A stretch of 64,000 bases of DNA from Escherichia coli (GCF_001677475.2 NZ_CP015229.1); one strand, 5' to 3'. Positions 43,005-53,589 are shown, numbered from the stretch's first letter. Numbers and translations: made by a program. Notes: a model not told the origin generated them from the letters alone.

Positions 43005-43529
43005 ATGGCTAAACCAGCAAAACGAATCAGGAATGCCGCAGCAGCTTATGTTCCTCAATCCCGGGATGCCGTGGTGTGTGATATTCGCTGGATTGGTGAC
43101 CTGCAACGCGAAGCGGTACGACTTGAAACGGAAATGAATGACGCTATTGCTGAAATTACGGAGAAATACGCCTCACGGATTGCGCCGCTTAAAACCCGTA
43201 TTGAAACCCTTTCAAAAGGCGTTCAGGGGTGGTGTGAAGCGAACCGTGACGAACTGACGAACGGCGGCAAGGTGAAGACGGCCAACCTGGTAACCGGCGA
43301 TGTGTCATGGCGTCAGCGCCCACCATCGGTAAGTATTCGCGGTGTGGATGCGGTGATGGAAACGCTGGAGCGTCTTGGCCTGCAACGCTTTATTCGCACG
43401 AAACAGGAAATCAACAAGGAAGCGATTTTACTGGAACCGAAAGCGGTCGCAGGTGTTGCCGGAATTACAGTTAAATCGGGCATTGAAGATTTTTCTATTA
43501 TTCCGTTTGAACAGGAAGCCGGTATTTAA
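43005..43529 (+). CDS. gam: Gam host-nuclease inhibitor (Ku-like DNA end-binding protein), 174 aa
   Basis: Near-identical over most of its length to Mu Gam as recalled (MAKPAKRI ... IIPFEQEAGI). Confidence 0.9.
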   Translation: MAKPAKRIRNAAAAYVPQSRDAVVCDIRWIGDLQREAVRLETEMNDAIAEITEKYASRIAPLKTRIETLSKGVQGWCEANRDELTNGGKVKTANLVTGDVSWRQRPPSVSIRGVDAVMETLERLGLQRFIRTKQEINKEAILLEPKAVAGVAGITVKSGIEDFSIIPFEQEAGI

Positions 43530-43627
43530 TACCACCACAAATATTTAATTAGTTCACTTTCTTTTAATTATGGCGCGATGCGTCAGGGGATTGCTCGCGC
43601 CTGAATCTGATATACGGGATATAAAAA

Positions 43628-44170
43628 ATGATTAATACAAAAGTTCTGAGCGGCGTCAGCACATTATTACAGGTTTACGGGCGTCTGACCTGCGGCGTTC
43701 TGGCTGAAAAAATGAAGATGCCACCTTCCTCAATGGTGTATTTCCTGCGTGATGCGGTTGATGCCGGAGTTCTCACTGAATGCAACGGATTTTATGACGT
43801 TCCGCGCCCTCGTCCAACGCCGCCAGTAAGACGAAACGCAACAACTGAACACCCCGATGTTGATGATGCTCAATGGTGCGCGTTCCGCCGCTCTTTGCCC
43901 TGGCTGGAAGGCAATGCCATTCCGGCACTGGCAAAAGAATTCGCGACAGGCGTACTGACCTGCGAGTCGGTTTACATCGTTGCTGAAGTGGATGACGAGA
44001 TGTGCAAACAGGGAATGCCCCGTTTTGTGATGGCTTATATCGATATCCGGCTGGGTCGTTTTATTTGTGGCTCCAGTGGCTGGAATATCACCGACCACAT
44101 CCTGCGCTATCTCATTCTTGATTATTCACCGGTTCCGGCAGAAACACAGGAAATCAGCGAGCATGGTTAA
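43628..44170 (+). CDS. hypothetical early protein, 180 aa
   Basis: Track ORF. Confidence 0.4.
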   Translation: MINTKVLSGVSTLLQVYGRLTCGVLAEKMKMPPSSMVYFLRDAVDAGVLTECNGFYDVPRPRPTPPVRRNATTEHPDVDDAQWCAFRRSLPWLEGNAIPALAKEFATGVLTCESVYIVAEVDDEMCKQGMPRFVMAYIDIRLGRFICGSSGWNITDHILRYLILDYSPVPAETQEISEHG

Positions 44171-44337
44171 GTCAACTGGCTTTGTCCTGCTGGTTGGCAC
44201 CTGCGGGAATGATGCCTGTGATGCCATTCCGGTAACGGAAAAAATCTGGCCCACAGAGCAGACATGTATGCAGGTGCAGGAACGCTTACAAAAACGCTAT
44301 CCCGGTGAAGTTTTTTATTGCGAAGAGGTATTACGAA

Positions 44338-44700
44338 ATGAGTAAGCATATTTATGACGACCCTAAATATCGGGCTGAAATGCGGGCGCAACTGGTTGTC
44401 AGTGGATATACACCGGAGCAGGCCGATACAACTATGACAGAACTGATGGGACAGCTTCCATTTGATGAAGCTGAATATGAATACTGGCTGAAGCGGTACA
44501 AGCTGGAAATTATGGAAAATACCACACTTCCATCGCTGATCAGAATAATAAAAAGCGTTGTCGACAATGCTTGTTATAGCGGTGATTGTCTGGCCGCAGC
44601 AATTGCGACCCATGCTCTGGTGAATCTGCTGGAGGTTACCGGCGCAGTTTTCCTGAATCCTGAAAAGGTATTAAGAGATGAAAATACAGATGATTACTGA
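44338..44700 (+). CDS. hypothetical early protein
   Basis: Track ORF trimmed to the ATG. Confidence 0.4.
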   Translation: MSKHIYDDPKYRAEMRAQLVVSGYTPEQADTTMTELMGQLPFDEAEYEYWLKRYKLEIMENTTLPSLIRIIKSVVDNACYSGDCLAAAIATHALVNLLEVTGAVFLNPEKVLRDENTDDY

Positions 44701-45013
44701 TGCTGATTTAATGGCTGCAACCTTAGTTTCCAGTGGCATGTCAGAACAAAAGGTAAATGATTTTCTGGATAATGTCGTATACCAACACTATGAGCAGGCC
44801 AGAGAAAATTTAATTTCGGAAAAGCTCACGATGATTGCTGAATCATTAAGCCCTGCATGGATTATCGAAGAGTTGCGGGGAATCATTGCCAGCCATGATA
44901 AAGTGGCGGCAGTTGCCGCCCTCGATGTGCTACAGCGAATGAGTAAAGAGCTATTCAACACTGAATTAATTTTTAAATCCGGGGGACATAATGAGCCGCA
45001 CATCCCTGATTAA
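44678..45013 (+). CDS. hypothetical early protein
   Basis: Track ORF. Confidence 0.4.
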   Translation: MKIQMITDADLMAATLVSSGMSEQKVNDFLDNVVYQHYEQARENLISEKLTMIAESLSPAWIIEELRGIIASHDKVAAVAALDVLQRMSKELFNTELIFKSGGHNEPHIPD

Positions 45014-45542
45014 ATTAATTCATGTTGCCCGTCGGGAGTTGCAACTCGACGATGACACTTACCGCGCCTTTCTGGTGCAGTGCACAGGCAAGACCAGTTG
45101 CCGCGAGCTGACCTTCGCACAACTGGAACTGGTGCTCGATGCCATGAAAGAGCGCGGTTTTAAGAAGCAGAAAAAACATCCCCGCCGTCGCTTTAAGGGG
45201 CATGTCACACCACGCGAGAAGATTTACAAAATCTGGCAGCAGATGTTTCTTGATGGTTTCGTCTCCGATATCAGCGACGCCGCGCTGGACAAATACGTTG
45301 AACGCCTGACGGCCAGACGTAATGGCGGTCAGGGTGTTTCCACGCTGGTCTGGTGTCACGGGGAATCGTTGCAGGTTGTGCTCGAAACGCTCAAGCAGTG
45401 GCACATGCGCTGCATCCGGGAAGCCTTTGCCCGACATGGTGTGCCGTTACCTGCAAGCCCATCCGGGCGGGAACTACGCGGATATGATGCACTGACCAGT
45501 GCATATGCCCGCGCACGAAACAGCGGGAGAATTGCTGTATGA
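44991..45542 (+). CDS. GemA-like regulatory protein (DUF1018-like)
   Basis: Position immediately before the Mor/C-like gene; size. Confidence 0.5.
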   Translation: MSRTSLIKLIHVARRELQLDDDTYRAFLVQCTGKTSCRELTFAQLELVLDAMKERGFKKQKKHPRRRFKGHVTPREKIYKIWQQMFLDGFVSDISDAALDKYVERLTARRNGGQGVSTLVWCHGESLQVVLETLKQWHMRCIREAFARHGVPLPASPSGRELRGYDALTSAYARARNSGRIAV

Positions 45543-45988
45543 AACAGATGAAAGAGCAGGATTTATTCGAAGACCTTCGGGACGACAGCGTTCTGGAATA
45601 TCTTCATGATTACCAGGAAAACACCGCTTATCCGGCGTTACTTTCTGAACTGAACGCACTGCTGCGTAAAGAGCTGGCCCGGATTGGCGCAGACCCTGCT
45701 CATTCCCTTGAGCTGGTTGTGGCGATTTGTCGCCATATCGGCGGGATGCAGGTTTATGTTCCGAGGGGGAATATTCTGGAGAATCTTGTCCGGGATATGC
45801 GTATCTGGCGTGATTTTAACGGTCATAATATTCCTGAACTGGTTCAGCGTTACGGGGTGACGTATAAAACCGTCTACAAGGCCATCAAACGGATGCGACG
45901 TCTGGAGCGCAATAAATACCAGCCGGATTTGTTTTACCCCTCCCCGAACCTGCCTCACCCCGTTCGTCGTCCACCACGACGCCCTTAA
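45539..45988 (+). CDS. Mor/C-family transcriptional activator
   Basis: C-terminal HTH with preceding Gly-rich turn, position before the lysis/late block. Confidence 0.65.
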   Translation: MKQMKEQDLFEDLRDDSVLEYLHDYQENTAYPALLSELNALLRKELARIGADPAHSLELVVAICRHIGGMQVYVPRGNILENLVRDMRIWRDFNGHNIPELVQRYGVTYKTVYKAIKRMRRLERNKYQPDLFYPSPNLPHPVRRPPRRP

Positions 45989-45993
45989 TCAAT

Positions 45994-46018
45994 GAAGCCG
46001 GTAAATCCGGCTTTTTTT
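45994..46018 (+). terminator. intrinsic terminator after the early operon
   Basis: GAAGCCGG-TAAA-TCCGGCTT followed by a run of seven T. Confidence 0.75.
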
Positions 46019-46073
46019 ATGCCTCCGGCACCATGAAGCAGACCACGTTTAAATCTGCTTCACAGGTGCTTTT

Positions 46074-46670
46074 ATGGAAAATCAAAAATTCTCCCCGGCC
46101 TTTGAACATGCGCTGAATTTCATTCTGCGTCCCGATATCGAAGGCGTCTATGCCAATGACCCCACTGACCGTGGCGGTGAAACCAAATACGGCATTTCTG
46201 ACCGCCGCGACGGTGTGACTGACGGCAAAACCGATGTCAACGGCGACGGCAAACCGGATACCCGCATCAGGGATTTAACCCGCGAACAGGTTGCTCAGAT
46301 TTACTGGCGCGATTACTGGCTGCCTGCCGGATGTGACCAGTGGCCTGATGGCGTGGCGATGTTTGTGTTCGATGCGGCGGTTCAGCATGGCGTTAAAAAA
46401 GCTATCAGGATTTTGCAGGAAGCCGCGGATGTGGATGCTGACGGCATCATCGGCCCCCGTACCCGTAAGGCCGTGAGCCTGTCCACCCCGGACTGGCTGC
46501 TGGCCCGCTGCATTGTCCGTCGTTCCCGCTTTTATGCCGACATCATCAAGTCCAAACCCGCCCAGGGCAAATACCTGAACGGCTGGTTTAACCGCATGGA
46601 AAAGCTGACCGACGCCTGTCTGGAAATCATCGATACCCCTCCAGGCATCATGTCCGCCACGCGGGGGTGA
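46074..46670 (+). CDS. endolysin, GH108-type muramidase with peptidoglycan-binding C-terminal region
   Basis: N-terminal motif ANDPTDRGGETKYGI typical of glycoside hydrolase family 108. Confidence 0.7.
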   Translation: MENQKFSPAFEHALNFILRPDIEGVYANDPTDRGGETKYGISDRRDGVTDGKTDVNGDGKPDTRIRDLTREQVAQIYWRDYWLPAGCDQWPDGVAMFVFDAAVQHGVKKAIRILQEAADVDADGIIGPRTRKAVSLSTPDWLLARCIVRRSRFYADIIKSKPAQGKYLNGWFNRMEKLTDACLEIIDTPPGIMSATRG

Positions 46671-46897
46671 TATGGGCAAAGGCTGGGATGCCTCTCTGAA
46701 AGCCGGGCGGCGCGACCGCCTGCGTCAGGAGGTTCTGCACCGCATGGCCGGAGGTCCGCCCCCGAAACCGCTGGACTATACCGGCCATGACGGCACACAC
46801 GCCAGCTACTACATGCGTGGCTGGAACTCCGTGGATACACGGGACATTTTCTGGCAGTGCCAGAAGTACAGGGAAAAATTCAATGTGGAAAAAGGTT

Positions 46898-47308
46898 ATG
46901 AACAAAATTTTAAAACTGTGTGACTGGCTGATTTGTTCCCGACTGATGAGAACCCCATGGCCGCTGGCCGGACTGACGCTCTGTATGTTCATCATCAGCA
47001 TGTTATGTGGCTGGCGATCGTTCGTGTTGATGTTGTTGTCCTTTGCCGGGGTGGTGTTGTTTTCATACAGCGCAAGCCTCGGGAATGTGCCATTTCGCCT
47101 GCTGCCTGAGGTCCGTTACCGGGCTTTTGGTCGCCACATCATCGTGTGGTCATGGGTGGTCTGGGCGCTGGGATATTTCTGCTGCGTCTTCAGCACGCTG
47201 ATGATGATGTCACCGGCACACCCGGTGTTCTGGCTGTGTGGTGGCGGTTGCGGCGCTCTGCTCTGTCTTCAGCGTTATCTGTATGGAGGTTTCCCGTGGA
47301 TCCGTTAA
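46898..47308 (+). CDS. putative holin / lysis membrane protein
   Basis: Track ORF trimmed to the ATG behind a GTGGAAAAAGG RBS; multiple transmembrane segments. Confidence 0.4.
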   Translation: MNKILKLCDWLICSRLMRTPWPLAGLTLCMFIISMLCGWRSFVLMLLSFAGVVLFSYSASLGNVPFRLLPEVRYRAFGRHIIVWSWVVWALGYFCCVFSTLMMMSPAHPVFWLCGGGCGALLCLQRYLYGGFPWIR

Positions 47309-47904
47309 CCCTTTCAGGCATCGCCTCCGTTCTGCTGAAAGCCGGGCCGGGGCTGATTCGTTCCGTCGGGCGCTGGTTTGGTGGCGGTACATCTGCCGCC
47401 GCTGACTCGGTGGCCGGTATGGTGGAAAGCGTCCGGGAAAGCCTGCCGGTGGCTGAACAGCAGCGCGTTCTGGAACAGAAGATGGCGATGTTACCACCGG
47501 AACAACAGATACAACTGGAAACCCTGAAAATTCAGCTGCAACAACTGGAGGTGGAGCGGCAGAAGCTGGTGCTGGCTGACCAGCAGGCCGCACACCACGA
47601 ACAGCAGGAAACCATCCGCAATGGTGACAACGCCACGGACAGCTATGTGCGCCAGACGCGCCCGCTGCTGGCCCGCCTTTCCTGTTACAGCGGTCTGGCC
47701 TATGTGCTGTTGCTCTCCTGCGGCCAGATTGCCGGAGCCGTTGCCGGTGCCAGAGGTATCACGCTGCATATGCCAACACCGGACTGGGATATCACGCTGA
47801 TGTTGCTTACCCCTGCGCTGGGCTATCTCGGCGTGCGAACCCTTGACGGCTTTGCCCGTTACAGCAAATCAAGCCGTCACAAAATGTCTGCGGGGCTGAA
47901 ATGA
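47296..47904 (+). CDS. membrane protein with coiled-coil, possible spanin-like lysis component
   Basis: GTG after a GGAGG RBS; N- and C-terminal hydrophobic segments flank a Gln/Glu-rich coil. Confidence 0.35.
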   Translation: MDPLTLSGIASVLLKAGPGLIRSVGRWFGGGTSAAADSVAGMVESVRESLPVAEQQRVLEQKMAMLPPEQQIQLETLKIQLQQLEVERQKLVLADQQAAHHEQQETIRNGDNATDSYVRQTRPLLARLSCYSGLAYVLLLSCGQIAGAVAGARGITLHMPTPDWDITLMLLTPALGYLGVRTLDGFARYSKSSRHKMSAGLK

Positions 47905-48128
47905 CCGATGAAATCGACCGCATCAGTGAAGTGGTTCTGAACGAGCGTCAGTGCGTCGTTAAAGCCTGGCAGACGCGGACAAAAGAAGCGCCCCACAGTC
48001 GGGGCTTCTGCAATGACTGCGGGAACGTTATTCCGGCACAGCGCCTTGCGGCGCTGCCGGATGTGGTGACCTGTATTGACTGCCAGCAGATGCGTGAGCG
48101 CAGGAGGAAGACATGTCCTGGGAAGTGA
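47901..48128 (+). CDS. TraR/DksA-family C4 zinc-finger protein
   Basis: CNDCG ... CIDCQ spacing. Confidence 0.6.
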   Translation: MTDEIDRISEVVLNERQCVVKAWQTRTKEAPHSRGFCNDCGNVIPAQRLAALPDVVTCIDCQQMRERRRKTCPGK

Positions 48129-48418
48129 TCCGGGCCAACTGGCCCATTTTATGGGCGCTGTTGATGACAGCGATAAATTTGCTTCAGCTGATTCTGGCAA
48201 AGACTTACGTCAAACGCGAAGAGTTTGATTCGCTGCGTTCCCGTGTGTCGGTGATGGAAGGTCTGGTGAATCAGCTCCCCGACCGCAATGAATTTCACCG
48301 CCTGCAACTGGATATCAGCAACCTGCGGGGCGAAATCCGGGAACTGGGGCCATCCATACGCCAGGTTTCCCGCATCAGTGATTTGTTATTAGAGAACGAG
48401 TTAAAGGTAAAAAATTAA
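48113..48418 (+). CDS. small membrane protein
   Basis: Track ORF, N-terminal TM helix. Confidence 0.4.
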   Translation: MSWEVIRANWPILWALLMTAINLLQLILAKTYVKREEFDSLRSRVSVMEGLVNQLPDRNEFHRLQLDISNLRGEIRELGPSIRQVSRISDLLLENELKVKN

Positions 48419-48711
48419 TGGCGATGAAAGAGATCCTCACTGAAGACCGTCGTCTGGTGTTGCTGCGTTCCCTGCTGGACTGTGGCGACAGCGCGAATGA
48501 ATCCGTGTTGCAGACCTGCCTTCAGGCTTATGGTCATAAGGTATCCCGTGATGTGGTGCGCACCCAGCTTGCATGGCTTCGCGAGCAGGGGTTGGTTCGT
48601 CTGTCTGATGTGGGCGGCTGTTACGTGGCTGAAATCACCGGCAGCGGCGAGGATGTGGCAAACGGCCTGTCCAGCGTTCCGGGCGTTAAAAAACCCCGTG
48701 CGAGGGGCTGA
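48418..48711 (+). CDS. hypothetical protein
   Basis: Track ORF. Confidence 0.4.
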   Translation: MAMKEILTEDRRLVLLRSLLDCGDSANESVLQTCLQAYGHKVSRDVVRTQLAWLREQGLVRLSDVGGCYVAEITGSGEDVANGLSSVPGVKKPRARG

Positions 48712-48713
48712 GC

Positions 48714-49013
48714 ATGGCCCGAAAACTGAAGCCGTTAAGTCGCGGAGAACGGGCCGTCGTGCGGCAACTGGCGTACTGCCTTGTGCTGGCAGATATTGAG
48801 CAAAACGCCATTGTCCGTGCATACGAACAACAGACCGGAAAGCCCTGGAGCCCGGATGCACCGGACAGCCCCATGAAACGCTTTCTGCGGTCATCACCGG
48901 CATGTGCGCGGCTGTGGAAGCTGCTGGGTAAGGATATCCGGTCCGTTCGCGAAGAAATATACGCCGGTCTGAAAACACCGGGAACTGAAGACGGGGGCCG
49001 TCGTGAACCGTAA
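48714..49013 (+). CDS. hypothetical protein
   Basis: Track ORF. Confidence 0.4.
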   Translation: MARKLKPLSRGERAVVRQLAYCLVLADIEQNAIVRAYEQQTGKPWSPDAPDSPMKRFLRSSPACARLWKLLGKDIRSVREEIYAGLKTPGTEDGGRREP

Positions 49014-49129
49014 AAAGAATCCGATAAGTAAAGCGTCCCGTGATGAACTCCGCCGTCTGGCGCACAACCTGACATGGCGGGAAATCCAGAGCGGCGCGCT
49101 GAAATCTGCATACGAAAGTTTACAGCGTA

Positions 49130-49732
49130 GTGAGCAACAGGAGGGCAAACATGGAAAATGAACAACGCCCCACCCGTGGCCGTCTTTCCAAAGTGGATTT
49201 ACTCCCGGACAGCATCCGGGAGCAGTTGCATCAGATGCTGCGGGAAAAGCGGCACACGCAGGAAGAAATCCGCGAAGCCATCAACGCCCTGATTGACGAA
49301 CACAACCTGCCGGAAGAGATGCAGTTAAGCCGGACGGGTTTAAACCGTTATGCCAGCCGCATGGAAAAAGTCGGGGCCAAAATCCGCGCCTCCCGCGAAA
49401 TGGCCGAAGTCTGGGCGGCAAAGCTGGGTTCCGCGCCAACATCAGACGTCGGCAGGCTGCTGATGGAGTTTGTAAAAACGCTGGCCTTTGAAACGTCCAT
49501 GTCGATGGCAGAAGACGACAAACCTGTAGCACCAAAGGCGCTGGGGCAACTGGCGCTGGTTGCCCAGCGTCTGGAAGCGGCAGCCATGACCAGCCATAAA
49601 CGCGAGAAAGCGATCCGCGATGCGTTTGCACAGGAGATGGCTGAGAAAACCGAAGAGCTGGTCAGAACGGGTGGTCTGTCAGGCGGTGCGGCTGACACCA
49701 TCAAACGAGACATTCTGGGGATTAGCGCATGA
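49130..49732 (+). CDS. putative terminase small subunit (Mu gp27-like position)
   Basis: Immediately upstream of and overlapping the large terminase. Confidence 0.5.
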   Translation: MSNRRANMENEQRPTRGRLSKVDLLPDSIREQLHQMLREKRHTQEEIREAINALIDEHNLPEEMQLSRTGLNRYASRMEKVGAKIRASREMAEVWAAKLGSAPTSDVGRLLMEFVKTLAFETSMSMAEDDKPVAPKALGQLALVAQRLEAAAMTSHKREKAIRDAFAQEMAEKTEELVRTGGLSGGAADTIKRDILGISA

Positions 49733-51264
49733 CACAGATGAACACGTTCAGTGAATCCGATGTTCTGCTGCCGTATCAGAAACGCTGGGTGGCGGATGAT
49801 TCAAAACTGAAAATCGCCGAGAAATCACGCCGTACCGGGTTAACCTGGGCGGAAGCGGCAGATGCAGCACTGACCGCATCACTGAAGAAGGAAAACGGCG
49901 GGCGCGATCACTTTTATATCGGTTCGAATAAGGAGATGGCCCGCGAATTTATCGACGCCGTAGCGATGTGGGCGAAAGCGTTTAATGCGGCAGCGGAAGA
50001 AATCCGCGAGGAAGTGATCACCGACGAAGACATGGACATTCTGACGTTCGTCGTGTACTTCGCCAGCGGTTTTAAGGTCAAGGCGCTGTCCAGCAATCCG
50101 GGCAACATTCGCGGGATGCAGGGGAATGTCACCATCGACGAAGCGGCGTTTCATGAAAAACTGGATGAGGTACTCAAGGCGGTCACACCACTGACCACGT
50201 GGGGCGGTAAGGTTCGCCTTATCTCCACCCATGACGGCGTGGACAACCCGTTTAACCAGCTGATTCAGGAGAGCCGCGCAGGCAAAAAAGATTACCGTAT
50301 TCACACCATCACGCTGGATGACGCCTGCAGTGACGGGCTGTACCGGCGTATCTGTCAGGTACGCGGCATGGAGTGGTCACCGGAGGCCGAGGCGGAATGG
50401 AAAGAAGGCCTGCTGCGAAATACCGCCACCCGCGAAGACGCCCTGGAGGAATATTACTGCGTCCCGAAAAACGGCGGCGGCACGTATATCCCCCGCTCAA
50501 TGCGTGAACGTGCAGCCCGTGGCACCGGAAAAGTGTTGCGCTTTACCGGCACACCGGAATTTAACGCACTGACGGAAAGCCAGCGCCGGGCAGATATCCG
50601 GGAATGGCTGGAAACGGTGGTGCGCCCTGAACTGGAAAAACTCCCACAGAACCTGCGCCACTGTCTGGGGGAAGACTTTGCGCGTTCGGGTGACCTGACT
50701 GTGCTGGCCCCGGTGACGGTGAACGACGACACCACCCGCGAGGTGCCGTTCCTGGTTGAGCTTGCCAATGTGCCGTTTAAACAGCAGGAGCAGGTACTGT
50801 TCTGGCTTTGCGATCGTCTGCCCCGTCGTGACGGCATCAAAATGGATGCGCGGGGGAATGGTCAGTATCTGGCAGAACAGGCGGCGGAGCGGTACGGCGA
50901 CGAGGTGGAACAGGTGATGCTGTCCGTGGCGTTTTACCGTGAAAACATGCCCCGTTTCCGTGCGGCGTTTGAAGATGATGAGCTGATCCTTCCGAAGCAT
51001 GAAGACGTGATCAATGACCTCGGGGCCATTCAGTTACTGCGTGGCGTTCCCGGCATTGATGATTCACGAACCAGAGGCAGCGACGGTCACAAACGTCACG
51101 GCGACGCCGCTGTGGCCATTTTCCTGGGCTTCCTTGCCAGTAAAGATGACTGCCACCGTTACGAACTGCACCGTCTGAACCGCCCGGCGAAACCGGAAGA
51201 ACGCAACGCGCGCCGCCAGCTGAAGCTGACGCGCGGCCTGAAAAATGAGGGAGGTTTACTGTGA
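49729..51264 (+). CDS. terminase large subunit
   Basis: N-terminal LPYQKRW motif, 511 aa, followed by portal. Confidence 0.7.
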   Translation: MTQMNTFSESDVLLPYQKRWVADDSKLKIAEKSRRTGLTWAEAADAALTASLKKENGGRDHFYIGSNKEMAREFIDAVAMWAKAFNAAAEEIREEVITDEDMDILTFVVYFASGFKVKALSSNPGNIRGMQGNVTIDEAAFHEKLDEVLKAVTPLTTWGGKVRLISTHDGVDNPFNQLIQESRAGKKDYRIHTITLDDACSDGLYRRICQVRGMEWSPEAEAEWKEGLLRNTATREDALEEYYCVPKNGGGTYIPRSMRERAARGTGKVLRFTGTPEFNALTESQRRADIREWLETVVRPELEKLPQNLRHCLGEDFARSGDLTVLAPVTVNDDTTREVPFLVELANVPFKQQEQVLFWLCDRLPRRDGIKMDARGNGQYLAEQAAERYGDEVEQVMLSVAFYRENMPRFRAAFEDDELILPKHEDVINDLGAIQLLRGVPGIDDSRTRGSDGHKRHGDAAVAIFLGFLASKDDCHRYELHRLNRPAKPEERNARRQLKLTRGLKNEGGLL

Positions 51265-52832
51265 ACCAGAAACAACAGGCCGGGGCCGCACGCCGTCTGC
51301 TGAACCCGGCAACCGGTGAGGAAGACACGCTGAAAAAAGAGGCGCTCAACGAAGCACAGGCCCGTCCGCGTCAGGCTGGCGTGCGTCCGGCCTCGCCGGG
51401 CATCAGCATCGCCTCCGGGCTGAATCCCGGCAGGCTGGCAGGCATTCTGCGCAATGCCGCCAACGGTATCACGCGTGATTTTTTTATCCTTGCCGAAGAG
51501 ATGGAAGAACGCGATTTGCATTACGCCTCGGTGCTGCGCACCCGCAAGCTGACGGTGGCGGGTATTGAACCGGTGGTGGTGGCTGCCAGTGATGACGATG
51601 CCGACGTACAGCTGGCGGATGCCATACGTGCGCTGATGGAAGCCCCGCAAATCCCCGAGCTGATGTTTGATTTGCTCGACGGGCTGGGAAAAGGCGTGGC
51701 GGTCTGTGAAATTTTGTGGAACACCCGCAACAACCACTGGGTGCCCCGTGATTATGAGTGGGTTGATCCCCGTTTTCTGAAAGCCGAAAAGCCCACTCTG
51801 CGCCGGTTCCGCCTGCTGACTGACGATGAACCGGTGGATGGCGTACCGCTGACACCGGGAAAATTCATTGTTCACCAGCCGCGTCTGAAATCCGGTCTGC
51901 CGCTGCGTAACGGTCTGGCCCGTCTGGTGGCTGTGATGTATATGCTGAAATCCTTTACCGTGCGTGACTGGTGGGCATTTGCGGAAAAATTCGGCATTCC
52001 GGTTACGGTGGGGAAATACGGTCCCAACGCCACGGAGGAGCAAATCCGCGTGCTGATTGATGCGATTGCCTCCATTGCCTCAGATGCCGGGTGTGCCATT
52101 CCGCAGTCCATGCAACTGGAGATGCAGGAAACCGCCAGCCGGAATAACGGCGGCGCGCTGTTCCGTGAAATGGCTGAATGGTGCGATGCGCAAATCAGTA
52201 AAGCCGTACTGGGGCAGACCATGACCACAGATAATGGCAGTTCGCGTTCACAGGCGGACGTGCACAATCAGGTGCGCATGGACATTGTGCGCTGGGACGC
52301 GCGACAGCTGGCTAACACGCTGAATGAATATCTGGTGCGTCCCTACATCGAGGCCAACTACGGGCCACAGGCGCACTATCCCCGTGTTGTTCTGCGTATC
52401 AGTGAAGCCGAAGATCTGAAGGCGCTGACTGATGCTCTGGTGCCACTGATTGACCGGGGGATGCGGGTTCAGGAATCGGAGCTGCGGGATCGGTTCGGCC
52501 TGGCGGAACCGGACGAAGGGGCTGATGTTCTGCATCCGGTGTCTGCCGGAATGTCAGGTGATATGGCGATGAACCACGAGCGCGTCGCCCTGAACCGGGA
52601 ACACCCCGACGAACTGGCACAGATGGTGGATGATGCCCTGCGTGACTGGCAGAAAACCGGCGAGGCGTTCACAAACCCGGTGCTGACACTGGCGCAGGAA
52701 TGCGACAGTTTTGATGACTTTCTGAAACGCCTGCCTGAGCTTCAGGAAACGCTGAACGCGGACGACTTTGCCCTGCAACTGGCGGAGGTGTGCTTTAAGG
52801 CCCGTGCGCTGGGAGACACTGGTCATGCGTGA
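51261..52832 (+). CDS. portal protein (Mu gp29/DUF935-like)
   Basis: 523 aa between terminase and F-like gene. Confidence 0.7.
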   Translation: MNQKQQAGAARRLLNPATGEEDTLKKEALNEAQARPRQAGVRPASPGISIASGLNPGRLAGILRNAANGITRDFFILAEEMEERDLHYASVLRTRKLTVAGIEPVVVAASDDDADVQLADAIRALMEAPQIPELMFDLLDGLGKGVAVCEILWNTRNNHWVPRDYEWVDPRFLKAEKPTLRRFRLLTDDEPVDGVPLTPGKFIVHQPRLKSGLPLRNGLARLVAVMYMLKSFTVRDWWAFAEKFGIPVTVGKYGPNATEEQIRVLIDAIASIASDAGCAIPQSMQLEMQETASRNNGGALFREMAEWCDAQISKAVLGQTMTTDNGSSRSQADVHNQVRMDIVRWDARQLANTLNEYLVRPYIEANYGPQAHYPRVVLRISEAEDLKALTDALVPLIDRGMRVQESELRDRFGLAEPDEGADVLHPVSAGMSGDMAMNHERVALNREHPDELAQMVDDALRDWQKTGEAFTNPVLTLAQECDSFDDFLKRLPELQETLNADDFALQLAEVCFKARALGDTGHA

Positions 52833-53589
52833 AACCCTCATCCCGAAAGAGGCGCTGGCGTGGCTGAAGGCGAAGAAGCTGCGCCCCGGTTTTGATTACC
52901 GGGATGTGTGGCGGGAAGAACACCGGAACAGCTTCACCGTGGCAAAAATGCTGCAACTGGATTTGTTGTCGGATGTGAAATCCCTTGTGGAAGACGCCCT
53001 GCAAAGCGGGCAGACGTTCAGCGAGTTCCGGGAGATGCTGCAACCGCTGCTGATAAAACGCGGATGGTGGGGCGTACAGGAGATGGATGATCCGCTGACG
53101 GGCGAAAGGCGCACCGTGCAACTGGGCAGCGACCGCCGCCTCCGCACGATTTTTGACACCAACATGCGCACCGCCCGCGCGGCGGGCCAGTGGGAACGCA
53201 TTCAGCGGACAAAGCGGGCCATGCCGTATCTGATTTATGAGCTGGGGCCATCCCGCGAGCACCGGGCGGAGCATGTGAAATGGGCGCGTCTGTGTCTGCC
53301 TGTAGACCACCCGTTCTGGCAGACGCATTTCGCCCCTAACGGCTGGGGCTGCAAATGCACCATCCGTCAGGTCAGCCGTGGTGAGTATGCGCAACTGGCG
53401 GCACAGGGCACCATTCACACCGAAGCGCCGGAAATCAGGACTGTCCGCTGGGTGAACAAACGTACGGGCGAAGAGGAAGAGGTGCCGGAAGGGATTGATC
53501 CGGGCTGGAACTACAATCCCGGTATAAACCGTGAGCAGGAGCTGGCGCGCCAGCTGGCGACAAAACAGGCCCGTTTTGACAGTGAGTAA
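52825..53589 (+). CDS. Mu F-like head morphogenesis protein
   Basis: C-terminal GWGCKC motif typical of the phage Mu F-like family. Confidence 0.65.
   Translation: MRETLIPKEALAWLKAKKLRPGFDYRDVWREEHRNSFTVAKMLQLDLLSDVKSLVEDALQSGQTFSEFREMLQPLLIKRGWWGVQEMDDPLTGERRTVQLGSDRRLRTIFDTNMRTARAAGQWERIQRTKRAMPYLIYELGPSREHRAEHVKWARLCLPVDHPFWQTHFAPNGWGCKCTIRQVSRGEYAQLAAQGTIHTEAPEIRTVRWVNKRTGEEEEVPEGIDPGWNYNPGINREQELARQLATKQARFDSE

Noticed and set aside
46672-46923. 83-codon ORF immediately after the endolysin
   Set aside because: Overlaps the better supported membrane-protein gene starting at 46,898 in another frame and has no recognisable RBS or motif.
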